From Thermoprotei archaeon (GTDB lineage Archaea; Thermoproteota; Thermoprotei; Thermoproteales; B15-G16): 64,000 nucleotides of DNA. Below the pieces are notes generated by a model that was given only the letters and a program-made list of their open reading frames with translations, had not been told where the DNA came from and did not search any database. Positions within the stretch are counted from its first letter, which is position 1. Every line of letters begins with the position of its first letter. Location: the NCBI GenBank assembly GCA_003649205.1, contig QMRC01000003.1, forward strand, positions 227,429 through 291,428, written 5' to 3'. A program made the position numbers and the translations under genes. This document shows, in pieces, positions 39,922-48,798 of this stretch.

Positions 39922-39998
39922 TATACCTAGCCTCCTCGGCAGGGTGACGGGGCGTTAGTCCACGCCCGGGATGAGCCCTGCAGCGCAGGTGATACACA
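39922..39998 (+). ncRNA. K-turn hairpin RNA, H/ACA-like guide candidate (or structured 5' UTR)
   Basis: Lower stem TACCT/AGGTG, internal loop, stem GCAGGG/CCCTGC, K-turn GTGA...GGATGA, apical stem GGGCGT/ACGCCC, ACA 12-14 nt after the upper stem; TTTAAA at 39900. Confidence 0.55.
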
Positions 39999-40321
39999 TG
40001 TGTTCTCAAAAGGTTAAGAGCATCAGGATGGAGTTCGTATCTAAGCTACCTCTAGAGGATAAGGAGAAGAAGGTACTTGTATACCTCCTCAAGAAGTCGC
40101 TAAAGGCAACACTACATATAGAGGAGAAGGTAGCTCTAGGATACCTCTTTAAGGAGCTTGTGGATAAGGGAATTTCACTGCAGGAACTGTCGACAAACCT
40201 TGGAATTCCGGTACCTGAAATTGAGAGGTTGATTAGAACGTACGAGAGAAAGCAGGATCTACATGAGAAGGCAAAGGAGAGGATTGACAAGCTCTATACG
40301 TTCTACTGTTCAGGAACCTAA
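39998..40321 (+). CDS. Small HTH-containing protein
   Basis: GISLQELSTNLGIPVPEIERLI HTH; SD AGGTGA before ATG 39998. Confidence 0.6.
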   Translation: MCSQKVKSIRMEFVSKLPLEDKEKKVLVYLLKKSLKATLHIEEKVALGYLFKELVDKGISLQELSTNLGIPVPEIERLIRTYERKQDLHEKAKERIDKLYTFYCSGT

Positions 40322-41073
40322 ACCTTCTCCCTAAGTAGTTTCTCAACATCACTTCTCTGAACCTTATGTGAACCGAAGAGAACCCACTTAAGATCCTCAT
40401 CACAGCACCTAAGAACGCATCTAATGAGTACACTTAGCACCTTCACCAGTACACCTCTTGAAGCTCTACCCAAGACTCCAGATGCGAGAACGGGAACACC
40501 ATCAGGACCTAGGAGAAGAGCTGTAGCGAAGCAACCTCTAATACCGTAATTCCTCAGAACCTGAGGTAGCTGAGCAAAGTCCACAATCCAACCAGCAAAG
40601 CAGTATGGAGTACCCTGAGCAACAGCTTCATCACTTAAGATCTTCGTAAAGACCTCAAGAGCTTCAGCAAGCTCCTTAATAGCACTAAGTGACTTACCCC
40701 TCCTCCAATTAACGTCAAGAGATAGGAACTTAATGGCTCTCTCACATAGATCAGCACCACTAACAGCAGCAGGAATACCCTTATCCAACTTCCTCAAGTC
40801 ACGAGGCTCAGCAAACTCAAGAAATTTACGAACACTGTAGTGAAAGAACCTACAGAAACAGCAAAACCACCTACTCCAAACAACACACTGAACAGGATAC
40901 AGCTCATAACTAGGGACATCTCTCCTCAACTCAATTAGGTACAGGCTACCACTAGGTCTAATGCGCCAAACATCACCAAAGTACTCACACAGAGTATTGA
41001 GCACAATCTCCATATAAACCACAACACTAAGTCTGTTACGTAAGGTACATAAGTACCTACCCGCAACACTCAC
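40318..41073 (-). CDS. Hypothetical protein (start probably ATG 41013)
   Basis: Long ORF with host-like codon usage; no motif recognised. Confidence 0.5.
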   Translation of the reverse strand: MSVAGRYLCTLRNRLSVVVYMEIVLNTLCEYFGDVWRIRPSGSLYLIELRRDVPSYELYPVQCVVWSRWFCCFCRFFHYSVRKFLEFAEPRDLRKLDKGIPAAVSGADLCERAIKFLSLDVNWRRGKSLSAIKELAEALEVFTKILSDEAVAQGTPYCFAGWIVDFAQLPQVLRNYGIRGCFATALLLGPDGVPVLASGVLGRASRGVLVKVLSVLIRCVLRCCDEDLKWVLFGSHKVQRSDVEKLLREKV

Positions 41074-41138
41074 TTAGACCCACAGAGACCCTGTTAAGAC
41101 AGGAAGCGATGAAGTGGGTCAACCGCGGGGATCACACA
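41058..41138 (+). ncRNA. K-turn hairpin RNA, H/ACA-like guide candidate
   Basis: Lower stem CCCGC/GCGGG, pocket, stem GACCCAC/GTGGGTC, K-turn CAGA...CGATGA, apical CCTGT/ACAGG, ACA 13 nt after the upper stem. Confidence 0.55.
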
Positions 41139-41185
41139 CCACACTTTACCACCTCACTAGTGGGGGTATCACCGAGGAAGAGTAC

Positions 41186-41671
41186 ATGGAGGTAATCTAC
41201 GTACCTAGAAGGCTTATAGAGAAAGCTCAGGAACTGGGTATTGATATTAACGATGTAGTACTGAAAGCACTGGCGAATACTCTGAATCTAGATGTACGTG
41301 AACTCACCAATGCTAGACTTGAAATTGCTGAGAAATTCCTTGAAGAAGCCAAGGAGTACATTAGGAAGAGAGATCCTGTTCAATCATCTGAGAAGCTGTA
41401 CAGAGCTGTTGAAGAGTGCATTAAGGTACTTGCCGAAGTACTTAAGGTACCTCAACTTGAAGAAGTTAAGAAGAGAGGTAGATGGACAACGTGGTTACTG
41501 GGAATGGCATCAACAGACCTATCCAGAGTACTTAGGGAAGAGAGGATAGCACTGACTTGGTCTAAAGCCTATGAAGTCCATGTATGGAGTCTCCATGAAG
41601 CGAGGTACAGGGTAGAGGACGTAGGGATAGCGGTACCAGTGGTAGAGTGGTTACTGACCTACACCAGATAG
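41186..41671 (+). CDS. PaREP1-family (HEPN-like) protein
   Basis: DPVQSSEKLYRAVEECIK, W...YEVHVWSLHE. Confidence 0.85.
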   Translation: MEVIYVPRRLIEKAQELGIDINDVVLKALANTLNLDVRELTNARLEIAEKFLEEAKEYIRKRDPVQSSEKLYRAVEECIKVLAEVLKVPQLEEVKKRGRWTTWLLGMASTDLSRVLREERIALTWSKAYEVHVWSLHEARYRVEDVGIAVPVVEWLLTYTR

Positions 41672-41724
41672 GTAGTGAGTAGAGAGGTTAAGTGAGGTAC
41701 TAAGTGAAGATGTTCTCTATGTAC

Positions 41725-42906
41725 TTACTCCCTTCTCACAGTCAGTAGGTACAGTACTAGCGACGATACTAGAGCTATAGTGAGAGAGTACGTGAAGGCA
41801 ATTTTCACTCCAACAACATCCCATAGGTAGCCAAAGATCGTGAAGCCAACTATCGATAGTACACCCGATGCTACCTGAAGAGCACTGTAACCAACACCTC
41901 TAAGTTCACTAGGTACGTACGTAGGTACAAGTGCTCTTGAAGATACCTCATAGATACCTTGATAGAGACCGTAGAGCACAGCAGTGACAACAGCGATTAA
42001 GGGGTTAATCTGCAGGAGTACAGGTACTGCACAGGTTGCCGAGTACATGAGAAATGACATCAGTAGCACCTTAGAGCTCCCAATTGCATCACAGAGAAAG
42101 CCACTGAGAAATGACCCTAGGACATTCATGAAGTGTATGAGTAGGAAGACCATTGGTACTAAGTACTCGGGAATACCCGATGACCTAGCTAGTAGGAGTA
42201 TGAATGAGAATGAGGTGAAGCCAATAGACATGATGGATATGGGTACTAGTACCCTCAAGTAGCTTCTAGGCAATCTCCTGTACATGGTGAAAATCGATAC
42301 CTCTCTACCCCCAGTACCAGTACCTACATCAACTACAGGGAGTAAGCTGAGAAGAGCTAGAGCACCAGGTATAGCTGAGAAGAGGAAGACAGACCTATAA
42401 CCAAGACCGAGTAAGAGGATGAGAGTAGCAGCTAGTGGACCGAGAGTAGCACCTAGCTCATCGAGAGCCCTTTGGATACCAAATGCCCTACCTGTAACCC
42501 TCTCCCTAACAGATAGACTAATTAACGCGTCTCTAGGTGGACCCCTAACACCCTTACCAAACCTATCTACAATCCTAATAACCAGTACGTGATACCACGA
42601 AGTAGCAAAGTAGAGCATTGGCTTAGCTACATTCGATATCGTGTAACCGAGAAAAGCAATCCACTTCCTAGAACCTAACCTATCAGCTACAGCACCAGAG
42701 AATACACGAGTCAAGTAATTAATACTCTCAGCTAGACCATCTACAAAACCAAGCAACCACCTAGGAGCACCGAGGACCTCAGTAAAGAACACAGGTAGAA
42801 TAGACAGCACGGACTCAGTAGACATGTCGGTGAAGAAGCTAGTTAAACCAAGTAAGTAGATGTTCTTCCAAAGAGACCTACTACCTGACTTACCCAAGTA
42901 CCTCAC
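41725..42906 (-). CDS. MFS transporter
   Basis: 12 TM helices; SFFTDMSTE, GAVADRLGSRK, DRFGKGVRGPPRDALI. Confidence 0.93.
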   Translation of the reverse strand: MRYLGKSGSRSLWKNIYLLGLTSFFTDMSTESVLSILPVFFTEVLGAPRWLLGFVDGLAESINYLTRVFSGAVADRLGSRKWIAFLGYTISNVAKPMLYFATSWYHVLVIRIVDRFGKGVRGPPRDALISLSVRERVTGRAFGIQRALDELGATLGPLAATLILLLGLGYRSVFLFSAIPGALALLSLLPVVDVGTGTGGREVSIFTMYRRLPRSYLRVLVPISIMSIGFTSFSFILLLARSSGIPEYLVPMVFLLIHFMNVLGSFLSGFLCDAIGSSKVLLMSFLMYSATCAVPVLLQINPLIAVVTAVLYGLYQGIYEVSSRALVPTYVPSELRGVGYSALQVASGVLSIVGFTIFGYLWDVVGVKIAFTYSLTIALVSSLVLYLLTVRRE

Positions 42907-43820
42907 CCCTCAACAACACCATACATGAGGACATCCCTAAACATCGAGATGACTCTCTCCTCACCATCAGACCTCGGAACAACAGAATCAACAACCTCAA
43001 TACCGAATCTACTAAGAACATCCCTAACATCACCAGGTACCCTACACCTAGACACAACAACAAACCTACAGGAATACACCTCAGGAACCATACACAGTAG
43101 ACCAACCTCCTTAACATAAGGGACATCACCACTCAAAACCAAGCAACTAGACACAATCTCACGACAATTGGAACTAAGCCTACTCTCGATAATCCACTTA
43201 AATAACTTTACATCAGGTACAGCCCTAGACCTCTCCCACCAACCAGAAGAACTACGACAAACAACAGCAAAACCACCACCCCTAACAGGAACCTCAGAAT
43301 CGACATCCAGCATACTAGTCACGTACCTACCATACACAAGAACATCGAGATTCAGTACCTGAGACAGTAGATTGAGTATAGACCTAGCTCTTTCAGGTAT
43401 AGACAGAGTAGTGGGCTTCGGAGGAACAGAGATAAACACCGAGACCACACGACCAAGCCTACTCTCCAGGTATAGATTAGGAAGAACTTGAGCACCAAAC
43501 TGAAGACCTCTCCTAACCAATGAAACGACCCTCCTACCCCTAGCATCGAGAGGAGACTTAACCCTCCTAATCAAATCCCTACACCTATCCAGTACACACA
43601 GCACGAAGTAGACCAGGTAGAGAACATCCCTAAACCTACGAAACCTACGAGCAAAATCAAGCCTAGAAACCTCACCAAACCTCACACGACCAACATCACC
43701 AAACAAAACCTTAACACACTCAGGAACAACAACCCTCCTACCATAAACCCTCTCAACACGATTAATCAACTCCCTAACAACCTCAACCTCCTGAAGCAAA
43801 TCCTCAAAACCAGGAAACAC
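42903..43820 (-). CDS. Hypothetical protein with possible PD-(D/E)XK-like C-terminal domain
   Basis: Start trimmed to GTG 43820 (SD-like GGGTG) to avoid overlap with LysE; VPDV....IIESR motif. Confidence 0.5.
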   Translation of the reverse strand: MFPGFEDLLQEVEVVRELINRVERVYGRRVVVPECVKVLFGDVGRVRFGEVSRLDFARRFRRFRDVLYLVYFVLCVLDRCRDLIRRVKSPLDARGRRVVSLVRRGLQFGAQVLPNLYLESRLGRVVSVFISVPPKPTTLSIPERARSILNLLSQVLNLDVLVYGRYVTSMLDVDSEVPVRGGGFAVVCRSSSGWWERSRAVPDVKLFKWIIESRLSSNCREIVSSCLVLSGDVPYVKEVGLLCMVPEVYSCRFVVVSRCRVPGDVRDVLSRFGIEVVDSVVPRSDGEERVISMFRDVLMYGVVEG

Positions 43821-43915
43821 ACAGAGCACCCAAACCAAGAAGTAGGGAGTAAAGGTAATTAAGGAATACCCAATGTAGGAAACACCAAGAACCAAGCAAC
43901 AGGGAGGTAAGGCAC

Positions 43916-44566
43916 TTGAGCAAGCTCCTCCAACTAATACTACTAACAATCGCCATAACACCAAGTGGAGCACTATCACCAGGACCACTAACCATAAGTA
44001 CAATAGCAGTAGGAACCAGGGGAGGGTGGAGGGCAGGTCTCGAGGTAGCAATAGGGCACGTAGTAGTGGAACTACCATACGTAACAACACTCACAATCCT
44101 ACTCACAACAGTTAGAGAGTACCTAGGTAAGTGGTACGTGATGACACCACTCCTAGCAGTGTACATAGGGTTCATAACCTACTTCTCGTACCTACTAGTG
44201 AGAGATGCGATACGGCAGAGGAGAGGAGGAGAAGTGATGTCCAATACGGCGATAAGGGGTATGAAACCAGTAATCATCGGTGTAGTACTGACAGGAACAA
44301 ACATATTCTTCCTACTATGGTGGGTAACAGTAGCCCTACCAGTCATAGCAGCAGTAGCCGAGCTAGGTGTAGCAGTAGCGCTACCAGTAATGTACCTAGC
44401 ACACGTATGGCTAGACCTCCTATGGCTACCACTAGTAGCGGAGCTATCTAGGAGGGGAGCTAAACTACTAACAGCGAGGTACTACTCCTACCTACTACTG
44501 ACACTAGCGATCATACTCATAGCAACAGCAGCATACACCGTAGTGAACTACCTCGAAATCACCTAA
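43916..44566 (+). CDS. LysE-family translocator
   Basis: TPSGALSPGP, GH.VVELP, N..FLLWW. Confidence 0.88.
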   Translation: MSKLLQLILLTIAITPSGALSPGPLTISTIAVGTRGGWRAGLEVAIGHVVVELPYVTTLTILLTTVREYLGKWYVMTPLLAVYIGFITYFSYLLVRDAIRQRRGGEVMSNTAIRGMKPVIIGVVLTGTNIFFLLWWVTVALPVIAAVAELGVAVALPVMYLAHVWLDLLWLPLVAELSRRGAKLLTARYYSYLLLTLAIILIATAAYTVVNYLEIT

Positions 44567-44846
44567 ATGCGAGGATGAGCATAGCCACGAGGAGCATAAC
44601 CCAACCAATAGCTAGGATAATACCGATAACCCTCCTGAACGCAGACACCAAGATCAAGACAGCGTAGAGAGCGGTCAAGGAAGTGAGTAGAGTAATAGCA
44701 GAGCTAAATTCACGAGCAACATCGGGATCAGCCTTGAAGATAGTCTCCTTTAGGAGAACCTCAATGAGACTCCTCATAGTATCGAGACCACGGAGAACGT
44801 ACTCACCAAGCTCCTTAACATCCATGAACAGAACCCACGTAGACAA
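44559..44846 (-). CDS. Small membrane protein
   Basis: Two hydrophobic helices. Confidence 0.55.
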   Translation of the reverse strand: MSTWVLFMDVKELGEYVLRGLDTMRSLIEVLLKETIFKADPDVAREFSSAITLLTSLTALYAVLILVSAFRRVIGIILAIGWVMLLVAMLILAFR

Positions 44847-44896
44847 GACAGTAAATACAGCATAAACCTAACACTCACCAAAAATACACAACACAC

Positions 44897-45772
44897 GTGA
44901 ACAATAGGAGAGAAGTACTGGAATTAATCACGTACACAGCACTATGCTACACAGCAATAACAGCACTAGTACACCTACTCAAGACAATGAACGTAGACCC
45001 ACAGCAAGCAATGATAGCAGTATCGTACGTACCCACAGCATCAGCCACAGCAGTAGACCTCGTAGTGAAGAGGAGGGTAGAGATCTGGAAGTACGTGAAA
45101 CCACTAATCAAGAAACCACAGCTAGCAATACCGACCTCACTAGCAATACCCTGGATCACCTGGGCAATAGCACTAGCAGTAGCGACAGCACTTGGAGTAG
45201 ACGTGAGAGGACCACTCGTAGAACCACTACACGAACCAAGTAAAGTACTCGACACAGCAACGTTCATAGCAACTACACTAAGTGCATCACTACTCAACAC
45301 AGCAGTCGTGATAGGTGAGGAAGTAGCTTGGAGAGGGTACATGTACGTAAAGCTCAGGAGAGCACTCAGCAAGTACAGGGAAACACCACTAGAGACACCA
45401 CTCCACAGCACAGTAGTGGGAGCAATCTGGTCACTATGGCACACACCAATGATACTGAACTACAGACTCAACTACCCAACAACAGGAGCAACAGGACTAC
45501 TAGTGCAGACACCACTCATGATAGCAGTGAGCACAGTGATGAAGGTACTGAGAGACGAGATGGGGTTCCTACCCTGCGCACTAGTACACGCAACCTACAA
45601 CACACTAGCACCCTACATGTACCTAAGCACACCACTACCAGACATACACTCACCAAGCACAGGAACACTAGCACTAACAGCATGGACCGCAACAGCAGCA
45701 ATAACCCACACAGTACACAGAGCAAAAACACGAAGAAAACAACATAAACCCCAGAGAGAAAACCGAAAGTGA
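44897..45772 (+). CDS. CPBP/CAAX-family intramembrane metalloprotease
   Basis: GEEVAWRGY, WSLWH, HATYN motifs. Confidence 0.88.
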   Translation: MNNRREVLELITYTALCYTAITALVHLLKTMNVDPQQAMIAVSYVPTASATAVDLVVKRRVEIWKYVKPLIKKPQLAIPTSLAIPWITWAIALAVATALGVDVRGPLVEPLHEPSKVLDTATFIATTLSASLLNTAVVIGEEVAWRGYMYVKLRRALSKYRETPLETPLHSTVVGAIWSLWHTPMILNYRLNYPTTGATGLLVQTPLMIAVSTVMKVLRDEMGFLPCALVHATYNTLAPYMYLSTPLPDIHSPSTGTLALTAWTATAAITHTVHRAKTRRKQHKPQRENRK

Positions 45773-45780
45773 GACCAAGA

Positions 45781-45869
45781 GCCCCCGTAGCTCAGCCTGG
45801 GAGAGCATCCGGCTGAAGACCAGAGCAGAGACCGGAGGGTCCCGGGTTCAAATCCCGGCGGGGGCACCA
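45781..45869 (+). tRNA. tRNA-Phe(GAA) with 12-nt intron at 37/38, encoded CCA
   Basis: GCCCCCG acceptor stem pairing with CGGGGGC-ACCA; anticodon arm TCCGG-CTGAAG|ACCAGAGCAGAG|A-CCGGA (intron 45819-45830); T-arm GGTTCAAATCC. Confidence 0.93.
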
Positions 45870-45896
45870 CCCCCACTCCTCCTATCCCCAAACCCC

Positions 45897-46316
45897 TCAA
45901 GACCTACTCCTCCTCAACTCATCCCTAATCTCACGAAGAAGAACCTCCAACCCACTAAACCCCTCACGAAATTCCCTCTCCAACCTCACAAATCCCTCAC
46001 GTAGCTCCCTCTCCAACCTTGAAACCCCATCATGAATCTCCTTCTCCAATCTCTCAAATCCCTCGTGAAGCTCGACCTCAGTATTCTCCAACCTACCAAT
46101 AATCTCCTCATCCCTACTCGTGAACAAACCATAGAGAGTAACGACAAGACCTAGGATACTGGCAACATCACCAACAACAGGAGGACTACTGTACTTCAGG
46201 ATACAGCCAATGACAATGAGCGCAATACCTATAGCAGTTATGATCCAGTACAGAATCCTCCTACGCCTAAGCCAAGCCTCAAACTCCTCCTCAGACCTAA
46301 ACCTCCTACGAGTCAC
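45897..46316 (-). CDS. Membrane protein with hendecad coiled-coil repeats
   Basis: 2 TM helices then 4x ~11-aa repeat E(L/I/F)xEGFxRLEx. Confidence 0.7.
   Translation of the reverse strand: MTRRRFRSEEEFEAWLRRRRILYWIITAIGIALIVIGCILKYSSPPVVGDVASILGLVVTLYGLFTSRDEEIIGRLENTEVELHEGFERLEKEIHDGVSRLERELREGFVRLEREFREGFSGLEVLLREIRDELRRSRS
45950..46080. repeat. Imperfect 33-bp coding tandem repeat (4 units)
   Basis: Recurrent CCCTCACG(A/T)A..TCCCTCTCCAACCT units. Confidence 0.6.
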
Positions 46317-46446
46317 ACAAAAACACCCGGTAAGTAGACACCAAACACCCTAATAACCCCACCACCCACAGACACCAAACCACCACAGGGCAAGTCACAT
46401 CCCCACAATACAGCTTTCCTGTAGACCCCCATAAGAATTCAGGAAT

Positions 46447-48669
46447 GTGGAGATCTCGGGAAGAACCATGTGGTACACCCTACCAATCAAGCTCCTAACC
46501 CTAACACTACTCACACTCTACACATTCCCCGGTACCTGGCTCAGCTACATCTCCCTCACCGAAGGAACTCCCACGTACCTCGTACTCGCTATTCCGTACT
46601 GGTTACTCTGGTTCTTTACCTTCCCCAAGTTCCTTCATTTCCTGTGTCTTTACCTGACTTCTCGTCCTCGTTGTGTGGATCGTGGTGTGTATGTTTGTGG
46701 TCATGGTTTGTGGTCCTGTATTCTGCTCGTGTTTAGGGTGAGGAATTTCTCTCATGTTCCTGATGTCACTACGTTGTTTAGGTGTGTTCCCTATGTTGCT
46801 AAGATCTTCTTAGTGCAGGTCTACGGTAGGGTTTTTCTCATTGTTGAGTTGCATAGGTTCTTCTGTTCTCGTAGTTGGGTTGAGGGTGTTGTTCGTTACT
46901 GTGCTGGTGTTGTCTCTGGTCTTGGTCTTGATGTTGAGTTGAGTGATTTCGATTTTGTTCTTGGTGATTGGTTTTGGGTTTCTGTCTTGTCCTCTATTGG
47001 TTTTCGGAGGGGTGATGGTTCTGGATGTTCTTCTGGTGTTGGTGTTAGGGTTTTGAGTAGGGGTGGTTGCTATGTTCTTGTTCTTGAGAGGTGTGGGTTG
47101 AGGGATTTGTCTCGTTTCTACTCTGGTGTTTGGAGGGGGTTGTTTGGTTGGTTTCGTTCTCTTGGTCGTGGTGGTGCTAGGGATTCGTTTGTTGAGGGTG
47201 TTTGTGGTTACTTTGTTAGGAGGTGTGAGTGTGTTGTTAGGGTTGGTCTTTACTCTGTTGTGTTTGATTGTAGGTTGAGTGGTTTGCTTAGGTTTTTGCT
47301 CTGTGTTTGGTGGAGGAGGTTTGTTCATCAGTTGTGTGCTCGTGAGTGTGTTGTTGGTGATGTTGTTTCTTCTCTTGTTTCTCAGCTTCTACGTAATCTA
47401 GAGCTCGATGTTGGTGGTGGGGGTGTTGTGCTTGGTAGGAGGGTTCTTGGGTTTAGGGTTTGTGGTGATGCTGTGTACTTTGTTCCTGATGGTCATACTC
47501 TCGTTGTTGGTATGACTGGTAGTGGTAAGTCTAGTACTGTTGCTTACTTGGTGAGGGAGTTGTCTAGGTGTTCTAGGGTTTTGGTCATTGACTTCGTGGG
47601 TGCTTTCGTTAATTTGCCTGGTGCTGTTGTTCTTGAGCCTCCTCGAGATCTCGCTCTTGATCCTCTTCAGCTTGGTTTCTGGAGGGGTATTGAGGTTGTT
47701 GAGGATGCTCTGGTGTACTGCTATGGTTTTGAGAGGGGTTCGTTCTCTCCTATTGTTGTTGAGGTTCTTACTAGGGCTAGGGATAGGGTTCGTGAGCTGT
47801 GTCTTCGTGAGCTTGTTGATGTGTTGAGGGGGATGTACTTTGAGTTTCCTGAGGGTAGTGAGTACAGGTCTGCTGTTGCTGCTGCTTTGAGGAGGTTGGA
47901 GCCTCTTGTTAGGTACTTTAGACCTGGTGACTTTACGTTGAGTGATCTCGGTTGTGGTGTTTACGTTGTTGATTTGAGTGGTATGGATTCTGAGGTTGCT
48001 AAGGCTGTCTTTGCTCTTACGTTCATGGAGTTTCTCTATAGGTTGGGGAGGTTGGGTGTTGGTACTGTTCTCGTTGTTGATGAAGTTCATAGGGTTGCTC
48101 CGGTACATGCTCGTGGTGAGTCTATTCTCGTTAAGTTGGCTAGGGAGGGTAGGAAGTGTGGTCTCTACCTAATTCTCATTGATCAGTCTATTGCTAAGGT
48201 GAGTGATGTTGTTCGTGGTCAGTGTCGTAATGTCTTGTTCTTCAGGCTCACTGAACCTAGTGAGTTGAGAATTGTTGAGGAGTATGGTATTGAGCCTAGA
48301 GAGGTTCAGACTTTGAGGATTGGTGAGTGTCTGTACTACAGGGACGGTCTCTACGCTAAGGTTAAGACGAATTACCTTGAGCTTGCTGCTCCTAGGGGGT
48401 TGAAGTTGAGGAGGGTTGACTTAAGTAAGTTGCGTGAATTAGCTAGGAAGTACGGTGTGCCTAGGGGTAAGAGAGAGTACTTGATCCAGTTCGTGCAAGA
48501 GCACGATGTTGAGGACGTAATTAAGTTACTGAGGGAGAGGTCATACCCAATATTTGCTAGGTCAGGTAGGTTGACGAACTTCGGGAAGGCAGTTCTAGAG
48601 TACTATGGATTGAGTGTCGATGTACCTGAAGTAAAGGAGAGTGGTTATCAAGGTTCTTCAGGTGAGTGA
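46447..48669 (+). CDS. Membrane-anchored HerA/FtsK/VirB4-like (DUF87-type) ATPase
   Basis: N-terminal TM helices; HTLVVGMTGSGKS Walker A, VLVIDFVG, VLVVDEVH Walker B, REGRKCG arginine finger, IDQS. Confidence 0.85.
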   Translation: MEISGRTMWYTLPIKLLTLTLLTLYTFPGTWLSYISLTEGTPTYLVLAIPYWLLWFFTFPKFLHFLCLYLTSRPRCVDRGVYVCGHGLWSCILLVFRVRNFSHVPDVTTLFRCVPYVAKIFLVQVYGRVFLIVELHRFFCSRSWVEGVVRYCAGVVSGLGLDVELSDFDFVLGDWFWVSVLSSIGFRRGDGSGCSSGVGVRVLSRGGCYVLVLERCGLRDLSRFYSGVWRGLFGWFRSLGRGGARDSFVEGVCGYFVRRCECVVRVGLYSVVFDCRLSGLLRFLLCVWWRRFVHQLCARECVVGDVVSSLVSQLLRNLELDVGGGGVVLGRRVLGFRVCGDAVYFVPDGHTLVVGMTGSGKSSTVAYLVRELSRCSRVLVIDFVGAFVNLPGAVVLEPPRDLALDPLQLGFWRGIEVVEDALVYCYGFERGSFSPIVVEVLTRARDRVRELCLRELVDVLRGMYFEFPEGSEYRSAVAAALRRLEPLVRYFRPGDFTLSDLGCGVYVVDLSGMDSEVAKAVFALTFMEFLYRLGRLGVGTVLVVDEVHRVAPVHARGESILVKLAREGRKCGLYLILIDQSIAKVSDVVRGQCRNVLFFRLTEPSELRIVEEYGIEPREVQTLRIGECLYYRDGLYAKVKTNYLELAAPRGLKLRRVDLSKLRELARKYGVPRGKREYLIQFVQEHDVEDVIKLLRERSYPIFARSGRLTNFGKAVLEYYGLSVDVPEVKESGYQGSSGE

Positions 48670-48675
48670 AGGTGG

Positions 48676-48796
48676 ATGAAACCCGACGTCGATAAGGCGT
48701 CGGGTGGATCCCCAGAGGTTAGGTCCGATGAAGGGGGTTATAGGTCCGGAGGCACTGCCGAGGAGGGACCGAAGCCGGGTCCTGACCGGTCCGAGA
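48676..48796 (+). ncRNA. Structured 5' RNA of the TnpB-like locus (hairpin, two K-turn hairpins, long-range pairing arm)
   Basis: ACCCGACGTC-GATAA-GGCGTCGGGT; CCCC-AGA-GG...CC-GATGA-A-GGGG; GGTCC-GGA-GGC-ACT-GCC-GAGGA-G-GGACC; arm 48772-48794. Confidence 0.65.
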
Positions 48797-48798
48797 GA

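Noticed and set aside
43821-44090. N-terminal part of the 395-aa ORF 42903-44090
   Set aside because: Overlaps the LysE gene antisense and the divergent promoter region; start trimmed to 43820.
46316-46650. Canonical ORB elements at the skew switch
   Set aside because: No Orc1/Cdc6 ORB consensus was recognised and no cdc6/whiP gene is nearby, so an origin was not called as a feature.
46810-48108. Long minus-strand ORFs (172 and 236 aa) and similar N/T/K/P-rich ORFs at 44944, 45328 and 53549
   Set aside because: Shadow frames created by extreme strand skew (few stop codons), overlapping well-supported genes.
48676-48798. 41-aa N-terminal extension of the TnpB-like ORF
   Set aside because: Low-complexity G/P/S/E translation that coincides exactly with RNA hairpins; ATG 48799 preferred.
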